64,000 bases of DNA from Epiperipatus broadwayi (taxonomy: Eukaryota; Animalia; Onychophora): NCBI GenBank assembly GCA_028023455.1, contig JAQFVV010000011.1, positions 4,526,001-4,590,000 of the forward strand, written 5' to 3'. The notes beneath the pieces are model-generated. The model did not search any database. It had not been told where the DNA came from and saw only the letters and a program-made list of their open reading frames with translations. A program made the translations under genes and the position numbers. This document shows positions 1-13,968 of this stretch, one piece after another; positions within the stretch are counted from its first letter, which is position 1, and the number at the start of each line of letters is the position of its first letter.

Positions 1-3000
1 TTGGTTTGTCAAGTTTATAGTCCATTGTTATATTCAAACAAAGAAAACTATACTGGATTGTATTATTATATCTAATATGGGGGGAGGGGGGTTAATGCAC
101 ACAGTAAGAATACTCATAATGAGAATGATGCTATAAACTCAAATTGGCCATCGAGAATATTTAGGAGGAAAATTGTTAAGAATCTTGATCGCATCTCTGC
201 CCCCCCCCCCAAAAAAAAAATGGCATTTAATAAACTACATGTAAGCCAGAATTAAGAATATAACAGACAGTTTCTATTACATAAACACTGGCAAATACAG
301 ACTATTAGCCCAAGATCGCAATTAGCATGCTGCAAGATTAAAATAATAGTTGCATTAAAAATAGATCCTATTCCAATCATATGTGTAAGAAATCTGATAT
401 TTATTCTTTAAAAGCATCAACTATACAAGCCAATAGCTTCCCTAGCGTAATATTTACTTATTTTGACTTTCACAAGTCATGTGAACGCAAGTAAGTATTC
501 TCAATGATTCTATTATTACCAATTTGATTAAAAGACATTTATTAATTGGCAAAATAATAAATTGAATTTGGAACTTTATAACCAATATAGATTTAATGGA
601 AGAAGTTCAACAACTGACTGGAAAGTTTAAAAAGACTGATAAACTAGAACTGCAAAAGAGAAGCAACCATTTGGCGATAATAATCACTTGAGATTTTTTT
701 TTATGCAATGAAAGTAATAAATGGACTTGATGCTTATTAAATCTAAGGGATAGCACATATATATGTATTTGTTTTATAAGATAATATTTAGAACATGTGA
801 CAAAAATATGATTACTTTTTGAATAATGATGATTGAGATGGTGGCTTTTAATGATATATTCCTTTATATAATTATGACGCGTTTTTTTCCTTGTTTGATC
901 AATTTATAAGGTAATTTTTACTTAAGTGGACGATGGTAAAATGTAACTATTACGCTGTTTGATGCAATGTAAAAATTAAGCAAAATTGACAAATACATAT
1001 ATATATATATATAAGAATGTAATGATGTATCTTCTTAACATTAACGATATTTATAAGAATAATCAGTTTTTATAGCATATTACTAATGAATTAAAAAGTA
1101 ACTAGTATTGTGAAAGAGACCACACTGTGCAAAATTAATTGGCTGATATATGGAATTGATCTGTATTTTAACTAAAACAGGATATGAGAGAAGGCAGTAA
1201 GGCTTTCTTTTATGCACTGTTCTCTAAAAGTTTGTTCACTTTTTCTTTTTTAGCCTTTTAGGAACTCTTTTCTTTGTATCTATTCCTGCCAGGTAAAATT
1301 GTTCCAGAGAGAATAGGATGATGTCATTAATATTTAATTTTATCCACTATACTGCTTCTGTTTTAGTAGGTATAATTTTTTCTACTGACAAATGTATCTA
1401 TTTGATTTTTTTGCTGATATGCAATGAGAATTCTGAGCATTGGCTATTGGGAAAATTATCATGATTTTTTTGAATTGCTTTTGTAAAACTATTTTTCCCA
1501 TTGGCTTTTTTTGTTGTTTTTCACCATTCTTTTGGAAATGCAAAGATTTAATCACACTGACAGTTATACATAGTATAGTCCAGTCAGATTCCATTGTGAT
1601 GTCATCTGGATAATGGTAATGTTATGAAAAAAATTTAACAATTTTGTCTCTTTGAAGTAGACTCTGTTGGGATTTGACAGGATTGTCTGTTATTATTCTG
1701 CATCCTGGAAGTGCTTAAATGGATTTAGATCAATTTCATTGTGCAATCTTCTTGGAAATTGATGAGATCTGGTACTTTCAATCGATATTGCTTACACTTT
1801 CAATATGGGCATTTTTTAATGAAGCAGTCCCTGTATTTGCAATAGGAACACTGAGGGTAAATGCTACAAAATATAATGATGAATCAATGAAATATAGGAT
1901 GGATATGTCATAGGATTGAATGTTTTTGTGTAAGATGATATCAAAGATAGCAGTATTGGTTAAGATAAATAATGAGGCTCTCCTTTCCAGTAAATTTCAG
2001 AAATTATTGATTTTTCCTTAATTATTTAGCATTATTTGACTTGATAAATTAATGTAGCTGTTTTAATTTTCTCTACTGTTTATTTATGTCTATGTAGTAT
2101 ATAAATTTTGTACTTAAAAAAATGGACATTTTTGAAATAGTTGCTTTTGAAATGTAATGTTAAATTCCAAAATAAAATAATAGTTGTTAAAGCAATCCCT
2201 GTACAGTAATTATGTATCTGCTATAGATTTATAAAAAAATTTCTCTGGGGAATTTCATTAAAGTAACATTTACATTTGTGACAACTGTGATGAGATTTTA
2301 TCATTTTTAAATTTCAGAAAGGATTTTAATAACAAATTTGAATTCTTGAATTGAATCTGTCATTATTTTCTAAACAAATTTCTTTTTTTTTTTTTTTTGT
2401 AATATCTTGATTTGTAGTACTTATATTAATGTTTCACTGTTGTCAAAATGATAGGTTTCAGAAATATTTTCCTTTGGCAAATTAATCTTTTCAGATTCGG
2501 TTTCATTATTAATTTTTAAGTACATTTGCATAAACTTTGGTAATTTGTTGTGCTTCTTTAGATAATAGGTCATTAGATTTAAAGGAATCCGTTTCTGAAC
2601 TAATTAATCCGGAATGGATGAAAGTAACCAGTTTAAAGCAACTCTTTTTAATCTTATAGATAGAAAAATGAGATATCTGGAAAAGTTTCAAAATAGGATG
2701 GTGATACATCAGCTTCAAAATTACTATATGGATCCATAAAGTTATGCCACTTGATTTTGAAAACATCCTACTTAGATTAATCTAAAGCTTCCATTAATAC
2801 TTTTGAAACTAATTTACCATTAACACCCATATGACTGTATCATCCAAACCTGCAAATTTCTGAAATATCCAAATATGCCAAATAGAAAACCATAGTTCTA
2901 TGTGAACAATTAAATGCCTAAAAACCAGGTCTAAAATTGAAGCTAAAAATATGTTTATTCCAGAAGTTGCCATTGAAGCTGTTACAACCAAGAAAAAAGC

Positions 3001-6000
3001 CACTGAAAATTGTAATCATAATAGATTATAGATATTTGTTTGAGAGTCATCACATTATTTCAGACTAAAACATTACTTAAAGTGTATCAGACTACAATCA
3101 TAGCATAATATTTAGTAGCTGAGTTAATATAAATCATATCCTAAAACAGACAAAACTGCCATTTTTATATATTAACAATATTCTTCTACTCTAGAGTCAT
3201 CTATTATATGCTTGAATCTTCAAGCATTAAATCACCTGGTGACCATTAATTACACCAGTTTACAATATATAGTTCTATGTATGGAAAAAGTCAAAAGCAT
3301 AGAAGAAACGTGTGATAATGGTATTAGCAATTACTTTAACAATAATGCAATTAAAATACAGATCGATTACCTGGAAAAAAAAATTAATAATTTAATGGCT
3401 AAATAACAAATACTCCAAAAAATACTTTCTTCAAAACTTCTTATTTATTTATCTGTTGTTAAATTTGCCTATATTTTTTAACTTTACCTAGGAGTTACAA
3501 TAATTGCTATAAAATTGCAAGAAAACAATGTAGAGTTTTGTAATTGCATTATTATAACTTTAAAATTATTACGTGTTATGAAATTTAAATGATAAATCGC
3601 AATCCTTCAAACTAAAATAATAATAAAAGAACATTTTTAAAAATCTATTTTTTTTTTAAATATAATTTTTCTGAGACTTGGACACATTAGATGAGTCCTA
3701 CACGGACATCAATCCACTCAAGCATCGAGATAAATGTTAGGAATAATAAAAAGGAATCAAAAGTGAGAGAACAAATGAATATGACTGACATTATTAATGA
3801 AGCTGGACTAGGCATATTGCAAGAAGAGACAATAGATGGACAGATAATAGATGTCTTCAATAGGATTCCAAGAAAAATGGATGAAGGAAATAAGAAACTT
3901 TTCTGGTATGATATGGAGATGAGAGGCAACAGATCAGAGAAACTAGATTAAATTTGAAAAAGGCATACATTCTACAGTGGATCGATAGTCACTGAAAATG
4001 ATAATGGTGAACTTATTTATAAATGAATTATTTATTTATTTAGTTTATAGATTTTTTTTAAGATATCTTAAATATTTACAAAAAGAATCTATAGAAATGT
4101 CAATAGATTCATTAAGATTAGTTCTGCCAACACAGCCATATATTTGACAGTCATACTATATGGTTCATAATTTGTACCTACAAAGGTAAATCACTCTTAA
4201 ATTCTGTTTGTGAAGGAAAACAAGCATAAAAACCCATGGGTTGTCCTGATTCTGTTGATGAGATTCCAGAAATATCTAAAAAGATCAAATTCACGCTAAC
4301 TTTACTGTTGGATTTTAAAAAAAGACATTTCTTTCAAAACCTCATTAGAATCATAATTCTTCAATTGTAAATTCTTCATTCAACATTCAAAAAGGAAATC
4401 GTGATTTGTGACATGTCTTAAGTGGCAGAACTATATCTTAAGTTACTGGTAAGTTCAATTTGGTAACTTCTCTTCTGATATCTGGTGGCAGAACATGTGA
4501 AAGAGCAGAAAACTATTGCAAAGAAATGGACTTCAATATATCGGGTAATATTTCTCATGATAATATTTAATTGAAGTTAAGTGTGGGTACTTTTTTCCCC
4601 AAATAGGAACATAATATTCACCAATAGAATAAGAAAGATAGTGCTAAAAAAATTCTATAAAGTATTTGTATCACAATCCTAAATAGTGCGACTAAGCTTT
4701 CCAAGAATATTATTTCAAAAAATTATTTTACATCTAAATTTAAATAAATGAAAAGAATAAGTTAAACTACAGTCCAAGTGGTGTCTAAGAAACATAAAAT
4801 AGGACTGTGATTCAATCTACTGTTCAAAAATTAATATTCTGACTACAAAATATTTTCCTGTTACTTAAATGAAAAATTGAGCATGCTAATTTTATCAAAT
4901 AAGAAATCAGACTTTGAAAAAAATTTTCAAACTTTCATATCTTTATTGAGAGATATCTATTTATGGAAATTATCTCTTTGTGAAGACAACACTATCAGCA
5001 TAGACAAATTTTCTGTATCTGGAATACCATGTATTAAATAAAGCGAGAAAACAGGACCCTGTAGTGGACCATTTTATAAAATTTTGTATGTACTATTATT
5101 ATTATTTAGTGCATTTTAATTTTTTTTTTATAGGAGAGTATTTTATCAAGTAAATCATAAATGAATTAAGGCAATATGAAATTACATTGCTTATGCTTCA
5201 CATGTCATGCATGGAAAATATGTTATTTAATAATGATTTCATTTTTAAAACCTTTGAAAAATTATAAATAAATAAAAATATTTAAAACTTAGCTATATTT
5301 TACCATATATATATACATATTTAATTTTAAAAAGATATATCAATAAAATTTTAATTTACATGACAATTCAACATTGGTTAATTATCGTTTTTGGAATCTA
5401 CTTCACTTGATTTTGAACTTTAAAAATAATATTCACTAATAATGCTTCTTATTTATATTGACATCTATGAAAATATGTTACTATGTGAATTCTGTATTTG
5501 TCTCTATATTTATTATGTATTCATATATCCAAAAATGTGGAGAAAATAACGTACTTTTACTGGAATATCATTTTAAAGCAAGAATTTTTATTCTATGCAG
5601 GAATTATATAACGTTTGTACAGTATCTAACACTTCTTGTTCTCGGAAACATATTAGTGTACTTATTTGAAAATAGCCCATAGAAGCTTAGTTTAAATCAG
5701 ATTGTTGGAAACTTAGAAAATGTGTGATATCATTTATGTATTTCTTAAACCAATATATGACTACATATAAATTGGGGTATTAACATCTGAAAAAATTATG
5801 ACAGTAATGTCCAAAAACAATATTTGCATTGTGGGATGAATTTCATACCAAAAGGTTCAAGTAGACTTTAGATATAACACATTTGTGGAAAATAATGATT
5901 ACAGAAAGGCTTTGAAAAATTATAATTTCACAGTTGAAATTGAAAAGTTTATTGTAAATGAAGATTCATCCAATCTTAAGACATGTTTATTATCTCACTA

Positions 6001-6805
6001 CCCTTCTCATGATGTAGCAGTTCTATTTATGAAGATCATGGTAACTGTTTAGTGGAAACTAGTATTCAAGTAAACAGGGACTTCTAATGATTTGTTCCAT
6101 AGTAACATCAGCTGTTTTCTTTCAGTAAATAGTCCAAATAATTTCTTAAAGATTAAAGAAAAACATAATTATTAAGTTGATATAATCTTTTTCAAATGAA
6201 ATCACGATATAATATGGCAACACTTTTAATTATTTTGTCCAACATTAGAAAACAACCTAAATTTGGAATCTTTTTCTGAATTGTCAAAAAAATTTTTTAA
6301 ATCAGCTTCCTTCTATATGTACCTATAAATGAAATGGAAGCATTAGCAACTAAGAATTTCAATTTAAATAGTTATTACAGTATAATCTAAACTATAATAC
6401 CATCCCCCTACCCCCAAATCACTTTTTCAGATATTTTCATTCTTGCAAGTAAAGTTTACATGGTAAAATGAAAAGATATAGATATATTTAAAATAATATA
6501 AAATTTCATTTTAATGAAAAGAATTATTAGTAGCTTTCATAGAGATTAACCAATTATAATAATAATTTATAATTGTAAATTTGCAAATGTTTCAATATTT
6601 TTATATTATTTTGTTTCTATAAGAACATGTTGTGACGGGGATTAAAATTTGAACCTCTTCACAAAATTTCAAATACTTCAATATAAATAAATCTTAATCA
6701 GAAAAAGACAAAAATAGTTTAAAATTACATATGTATCTGTGGATTAAAAAGCTTTACAAGTATTTTGAAATGAGCAAACAGTTTAAACTTTGTGGCTAAT
6801 TGTTC

Positions 6806-7076
6806 TAAAGTGCAAAATATAAAATGCGCTAACACGCATAAGCACACAAAGCTGAAGACAAATAAAGAAATGTATATATATTTATTTTAATATATATATA
6901 TTTAATTAAGTGGCTAAGCGCTTTCAAGGGTCAGAGCTCTCATATTCCTTGAAAGCGCTTGGCCATTTAATTAAATATATATATATATTAAAATAAATAT
7001 ATATATATACATTTCTTTATTTGTCTTCAGCTTTGTGTGCTTGTGCGTGTTATAGCATTTTATATTTTGCACTTTA
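6806..7076. repeat. Long foldback palindrome (arms ~124 bp, 17-nt spacer), possibly a Penelope-type terminal hairpin
   Basis: 6806-6929 is the near-perfect reverse complement of 6947-7076. The inner ends read CCTTGAAAGCGCTT(g/a)gcca, resembling the GAAA/stem III half of a hammerhead. Confidence 0.85.
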
Positions 7077-7094
7077 TACAGGTATTTTATAAAT

Positions 7095-7497
7095 AAGTAT
7101 AAGTATAGAGGATTTAAACTCAGATTTTCCAGCACCCTTCAACTATCCACACTATCTCATACAACTGATACACATGACCACACACATGTAGAAAAGATTA
7201 ATAATCACCAATATTCGTATTTCGTGCTAAAGCAGCACTCATCAGTTGGTCCAGATTATCATCTCCTATACATATATAAATCAGTGCTCAGTTTATATTA
7301 AGATAGCAAATCTTCATACTTTAATGGAAAGGCTTCAATCTACTACAGCCTCCAACTTTTCAGCCATCCATATCATTGAAAATCTGATGATGAAAACTCA
7401 AATCCCATGCTGATGCTAATATTATTGTCATGCCCATGTTGACCTGAAGTCACTCTGACCCCTCATGTATAGGACAGTATCCATTAAATACATATAA
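7095..7497 (-). mobile_element. Family A hammerhead-bearing non-coding repeat, single copy with 13-bp TSD
   Basis: Homologous to 31421-34003 and 48134-48453. Flanked by the direct repeat GTATTTTATAAAT at 7082-7094 and 7498-7510. Confidence 0.8.
7207..7250 (-). ncRNA. Type I hammerhead ribozyme (family A), catalytic core intact
   Basis: Minus strand reads ACCAA CTGATGA GTGCT-gcttt-AGCAC GAAA TACGAA TA TTGGT: 5-bp stem I, 5-bp stem II, full CUGAUGA/GAAA core, AUA cleavage triplet. Confidence 0.85.
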
Positions 7498-10400
7498 GTA
7501 TTTTATAAATTATATTTTGTCTTGACATTTTGTTTTAATGTGGAACAAAATTTTCTTTTAAAATGTAAAATTTTTATTTTAAAAGATATTTATTATTATT
7601 ATCTTTATTTAAATCTTATAAATTATAATGATAAGAATGTCATTAGGTCACACACTACATGTAATTACCTCAGCAATTCATTAATTAGTGCCGGATCATT
7701 ACAAAAGAATTGTACGTAACTAATGATAAAATCTCTATTTAAAAGAAAGGCATAGATATTCTATAATGAATTAATTAATAAGATTTTTTTTAAATCTTAT
7801 CAATGTAAAATAAATTTTATACGGATTCAATGTACAAAATTTTTCTTTTATTCATAGTCAAAATAGGCGATTGAACTTTATTAAAAAAATGTTTAATTAT
7901 ATGCTATTTAAAGAAAATTCAAATTTTTGTTTGTATTATTTTTATGCAAGATAAAAAAGAAAGAAAATGATTAATATTAACCTTTTTTTTTTTTTTAATG
8001 TTACATGATAAAACATTTATTGACAAGGTTTATATAAAGTGCATATGCTCGATAAAAATTATGTCCATACAAGGGTTACTATAATTTTGATTAATGTGTA
8101 TCTGTACATGGATAATAAACTCTTGACTCACAGCCAAGCCATGTCAAGACTATTATAAGTACCCCTCTCTCCCAATTAACAGTCCAAATGTGCAGGTACT
8201 ACATTCGGTCTACTGCCCAAAATTGGAAAGCCAACTAGGGAAAAACTAACAAGTAACAAGCACAGATCTGCACTGCCCAAGACCAACCTATCAAGGGCAC
8301 AGCAGCCGACCAGAGCAAGAACAGTGCTGAGACTTTGACCAGGTACCATCCCTGCAGGTTTTCCAGGTAGCGATAATAAATTGTCAACAGCCTGCACCAA
8401 TAAATCAGGCCCTTAATGACTGCCACCACCCCTGAAGAAGAAAATAGGAGTGCAGACCCATGCCTGCAAAATTATTGCAGCAACAACTCCATCAAAACTA
8501 CAAAATATGTCAGTGGCCCAAATCAGACCAACCACCTTACAAATGCTCTAATTTTAAAGTTAACTAAGAAAACAAAAATAATAATGAGCTCAAATCAACT
8601 CTGTCCTAATAAACAATCCATCAAGGTGGTGCAGCAGCCTCTCAGGGCAACATTCAGTGGAGGGCAGTGACCTTCACCTGGGCTTGGCAGTGATGGCAAC
8701 CACTCCCACAAATGAACCAAGCCCCCATGACCACCACCACCACCCATGAGGAAAAGAAGAGGAGTGCAAACCCATGCCCACCAATGCAACAGTGGATTCA
8801 TTGTAATCTGTAATCAAGCCAGATTTACTTGCACATCATGAGTGCACACGATTTGTCCATATCACATTGCACACTGAGGTCAATAGAGCTGAAAATCTGT
8901 AATCATTACCAACCTCCTGTGTCTGCAAATATTCACAATATCTGTTCAAACCATCCAACCATAAAGACCTTCAGGGTTTACTATGATTCTTATTTGTTGA
9001 TACTAATTGGATTCTGCTTCTTTGGATTGAATTCTGGGTTTTGGTTAGTAGTCAAGGATTCAGTTGTATAATCTGAAAGTTTGTTGTTAAACTTTGGAAT
9101 AATCTCAATAATTGTTGAATTAAAAGAGGATGAATCATTTGTGGCTTCAATGTCTCTGTTTAGGTCTAAAACATCATTTGGACAAATTATGGCTTTAAAT
9201 CATTGTTTTGTAGCTCAGGAATCATTTTGTTGTAATTTTGTGTTGATTTGAATATTTTTTCATTTTTTGGTCCCCCAATCATACCGGAAGTGGGCTAATA
9301 ACTTCTGTTGTGATTATCGGAGAAATTTGATTTTTGTGCAGGAAGATAGCTTAAGTCCTAATCTATAGTGTTTAATTCTAAAATTGAGATCGAATTAAAA
9401 TTTCAAAATAATTTATTCGCTCTGGACTGATTTGCCATATTCGGCAACTTCCGGTTGATAGACCATATAGTAATTTTATTCCTATGAACAATTATAGCAC
9501 TGGGATTTCTTTTTTCCTTAATTTTATGATTAATTTTTGTATTTACAATGTTCCTTAGGCTGTTTTCTGTCCTCCCTGATTGGTTTTCAGTCAAGGAAAC
9601 TTGTTTAACATAATTAATATCTGATGCAAGGATGAAGATCTTAAAACTATCTTTGTTAGCATATTTATTTTCAATATTTTCAATGAGATTTGATGTCCAA
9701 AATGCTTACTCTTTTTATTATATGAATAAGATTAAAATTTCTAGTGTCTCTATTTTTTTTTTTAGAATAATTTGGTTTCATTTAAAATTATTTTCCATAG
9801 ATTTATGTTACTCTAATGATTCTAAGAATTACTTAACCTAGCTTTTGCCTATTGCTAATGGCAGCCGTTTACACAAAACGGAACGAAAGGTAATTTTAAT
9901 TATTCTTGAATGAAAACTGTTTTAAAATTTCTTGTAAAGATGAAAAAACAATAAAACAGGTATTCACTTACATCTTAGTAAACTTTTCTTATATGAATTC
10001 GCAAATAGACTATAACCTTGGTGAATAAAACTGGGAGCCTGTAACAGCATGAACTGGAGTCCCAGGCTCCCTCTAGTGGACTACTAACCATTTTTCTTCT
10101 ATATAAACAAAATATAAAAGGAAAAAGTTTTTAAAATAAAGCAATCTCTGGAACTTTTTATCCGTGCTGGTGTTTCTTCGGTTTGCTAATTTTTTTTGTT
10201 GTATTTATGGTTCCCAAAAGGGGAAAGAAAAAGAACTTTTACTGAGAGACGGACTATGAAATGTTATTTTTTCTAGTTTATGATTGTACCAGCATGACCT
10301 TCAGGGAAATGGTTTTGGTCAAGATAAATCAAAATGAAAGCTAAATTGAGATTTCAACTGAACATAAAAGTGAAATTTTAAAATACATGGAGTTTAAGAG

Positions 10401-13400
10401 AATGAACCAGGATTTCTAAAAGAAAAATAATTTTTGAAAATGGGTGTTCTGTACCCGGCCAAATATGTCTATTATGGATAATACAAACATGTTTAAGTAT
10501 CAAATAGCAATTATGATAGAGTAAAGAAATCAGTGGTATATTAGATGCTTCATTCTGTGATTTTTTATTCTCTTTCTGTTGCTATCGGTCAAATGTCTGA
10601 TGTAATTTGTCAAAATAGAATTGAATGTAAATATCCAATGAAAAAGACATTAAAGGTTCTTATGAATAGTAAACACATGGATTGCTTATTGCCAAAAATT
10701 AGTCTAGAATCCATCGAAGGACAAGACCAACTTTGATTCCAAAAGATATGAATATTCTTTGGGAAAGCAAGGAAGTCACACAAAGTTAACATATGTTGGT
10801 AAGCTTATCAATGTTTGTGATTATAATCCCAGGAAATATGGTGAAATTTTATGTTCTTCATTTTATAATTGATTGTAAAATTGTTTTTTTTTTTTTATTC
10901 TTTGCTTTTCATTATTTGTAGACTAAGAGGGGAAAACTCATGTATACGTACATGTGTATACTGATCCACAGACACATATATATATATGAAGGATAAATGA
11001 AGAAAGCGAAGGGGGTTTTGAATTCACTATATATAGGATTTTCTGTTTAATAGCCAGCTAATGGCAAGTGGAAATTTATTGGGTTGATTGTATATTTTGT
11101 TTTTTTTAATTGTATTATTTTTTTTATATTCATGTTTGGTGAAAGGAGAAATATATAAAATTTGCATACGGCGAACATGATAATTTTGTCAGATTTTATT
11201 AATTGTTTTGTTTAAAATACATTGATAGAATGAATAAAATATATAGTTTTGTGGTCAATCCTTTCCATAACTTGTTAGTAAATATTATAAGTGAATATAG
11301 TAAATATTATAAGTGAATATTTCCAAAAATTAATATATCTGTATCTTTATTTCCAATTGTTTATTAATATCACTTACCCTGAGTTAGAATATAAAGCTGA
11401 GCTTGTATAAGACATTGCCTTACTGGCAGTTAATGTGTGTTTTCTTTATATGTATTCCCTCATTGCATAATTCTTTATGTAATTAAGAATTGGCGCTTAA
11501 GGCTGATAAGAAAATCAGTGCTTATAAATATATCTAGAGGAAATTGAAACAAAATATAAATTAATTTCCATATGGGTGCTGGTAAGATAGCTGGAAATAT
11601 AACTAACATTAGTTCATTTATCTTTATTAAATCAATTTGGAAATAAGGGGTAGTATTTTTTTAAAATAAACTTTGAATAAAGCCAGCCATGTATAAAGCA
11701 GATTAGTATTATTGTTTGTAGCATATGAGGTTCAGATATTTTCTCCCTGTCTGGTTAAATAAAGTGAAGGAGGACTTGACCGATATAATGTATATAAAAT
11801 TAGATATATTTAATGGAAAACAAAAGCATATTTTCTTATAGCAAGACTATGAATGAGCTAGGGTATAGGCAAGATGACTGTATATTAAAAATATATAACA
11901 AGTTCTAGTAACAGCTACCATATTATCTAATCAAATTGGCTAACATCATAAAGGTTACAATCAGAAAAATACTGACATGCACTGAAAAAAAAAGTATGAC
12001 AGAATGGAAATGATATTCTCAGTTAGGATGCAAACCTATTGGGCAGTTATTAAATAAACATCTTCAAAATTTGAATCTGAAAGATTGTTTGTTAACTTGT
12101 TGTCATTTTTCAATTCTCTCTGTTTAAATTAGAAATTTACACGAATTGCAATTTTGTGGGTCAGTGGCCATTCCGAATTTAAACCCTTAAATTTATTTGG
12201 TAATCCTATCATAATTGGCAGTTAGGAAATTATACAGTAGCTAATTATTTGAGTACATTTCCAACATTGCTAATGCTTTGTTAATAGTATAAAGAAATTA
12301 ACCCTTGAAAAATCATTATTACCTTGAAGCAAGCAACCAAAAAGTAGTAAACATAGAAAAATAATAAATGAATTCACATTGGTTTTAATAACATATAATA
12401 TTCTCATCTGCAGAAACTGGTCATAGGAAGGCTATTGGGCAGGAAAAAATCAAATAATCTACCATCAAATTTAATCTCATATATTCATACCTTAAAGAAA
12501 TAATGAAATGACCTTATTGCTTGGAAATTTATAAGAAGTTTGAATACCCCGAGTGACAGATGGTCCAGGGTTCATGGATATGAGCTCAAGAATCTAACAC
12601 TGCACCAAGCCATGCATATGAAATTACTTATCTTTTAAATGATTGTATTCTCATTTAATTCTAAATGTAAATCTTCGGTTGTATTCACCCACTCCTCAAA
12701 TTTATTACTTTCGTTGCATATATATATATATTGATGTACACACACATCATATGTGCTATATATGTAAACAAATACATGCGTAAGTTTTAAAATCACAATC
12801 TACATCAAATATTTATGTTATGCAACTATCATCTAACCAAGAAATGACCCCATAATGACAGCACAAAACTTTACAATTATTTTAACGATTTCAAGTCCAA
12901 ATAAAATACCAATTTTTTTTTTTTTAAATACTTATTTTAAAATTCTTATAAAACTTTTTAAAACTCATCAAATTTTAATAATTTTAGCTATTCAAATCTG
13001 ACTGTGTTCCCTTAGACAAGTCTGCAGCCAAGATTTGAATTGGAACGCATGCAGATGATTTGTAATAAATCCATCAACCAGAACATAAAAACCACTTTTT
13101 CCTTATCCAGCTGACAAGATTTATTTAATCATTTGAATTAAGTCTTTTTTTAATTTCAATATGAAAGCCATTTTCTAGTCTAGACGATGGTTTCTATTTT
13201 GCAAATAAAAATAAAATTATTCATGGCAGAAAAATAACACAAAAGACTAAGGTCCAAAGACATTTCTATCACCTTCTCCTCAATTCAAATAAATTACAAA
13301 TGACAAAATCAATTTTAAAATGGCAATGTTAAATTCAACTTAAATAGTTCAATCTGATTTACTTCACTTTACATAATCAAAAACTATTTTTTAAACAGTT

Positions 13401-13845
13401 TCCAGACTTTAAAAAATAGTCTGCCCAGTTATTAAAACCATTATTTTAAGTATTTATTTTTTTTATTTTGTATAAAAAGAGAGACGAGAAGACAAATTTT
13501 TCAAAAACAATTTCAACATTTTAATATAACTTTTGAATAACTGAATATTTATGAAAAAATTTTAATAAATGCATGCTAAAGGCAAGTTAGGTCTCTAGGC
13601 AAACTGGTAGTTTATGACTGCTTGTTATACAATGACTATAATTTATTCAAACCAACATAATTTTAATGAGCAGACCAAATCAGATTTTATATAAATAATA
13701 AAGCCTTTTACATTATGATACACTGAATGAAAAAAAAAAACATTTAAAATTTCTTTCCCCTTTTTCTCATTTGCATTGATTATACCATATACTCTTTAAT
13801 TAAACACTTTACAATGCAATTTTAACATACTATTTATTTCTTCTT

Positions 13846-13883
13846 GCTTACAGTTTCAACTGCCCTGCAGTCATCATCAGAAC
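13846..13883 (-). ncRNA. Minimal type I hammerhead (family C)
   Basis: Minus strand reads gtt CTGATGA t GACTG-caggg-CAGTT GAAAC T GTA agc: 5-bp stem II, 3-bp stem I, GUA triplet. Confidence 0.7.
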
Positions 13884-13930
13884 TCTTTTAAACTTTATTA
13901 TAGCTACACTCGTATGTCAAGTTTAAAAGA

Positions 13931-13968
13931 GTTCTGATGATGACTGCAGGGCAGTTGAAACTGCAAGC
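13931..13968 (+). ncRNA. Minimal type I hammerhead (family C), probably inactive
   Basis: gtt CTGATGA t GACTG caggg CAGTT GAAAC T GCA agc. The triplet is GCA instead of GUA (U16.1 lost). Confidence 0.6.

Noticed and set aside
6849-6880. CTGAAGA caaataaa GAAA in the hairpin arms
   Set aside because: The intervening sequence cannot form stem II.
8170-9600. GC-richer block with a ~50-bp internal duplication (8425-8470 / 8740-8790) and faint resemblance to a non-LTR ORF1
   Set aside because: No intact CCHC motif or consistent frame or strand was found, so it is left unassigned.
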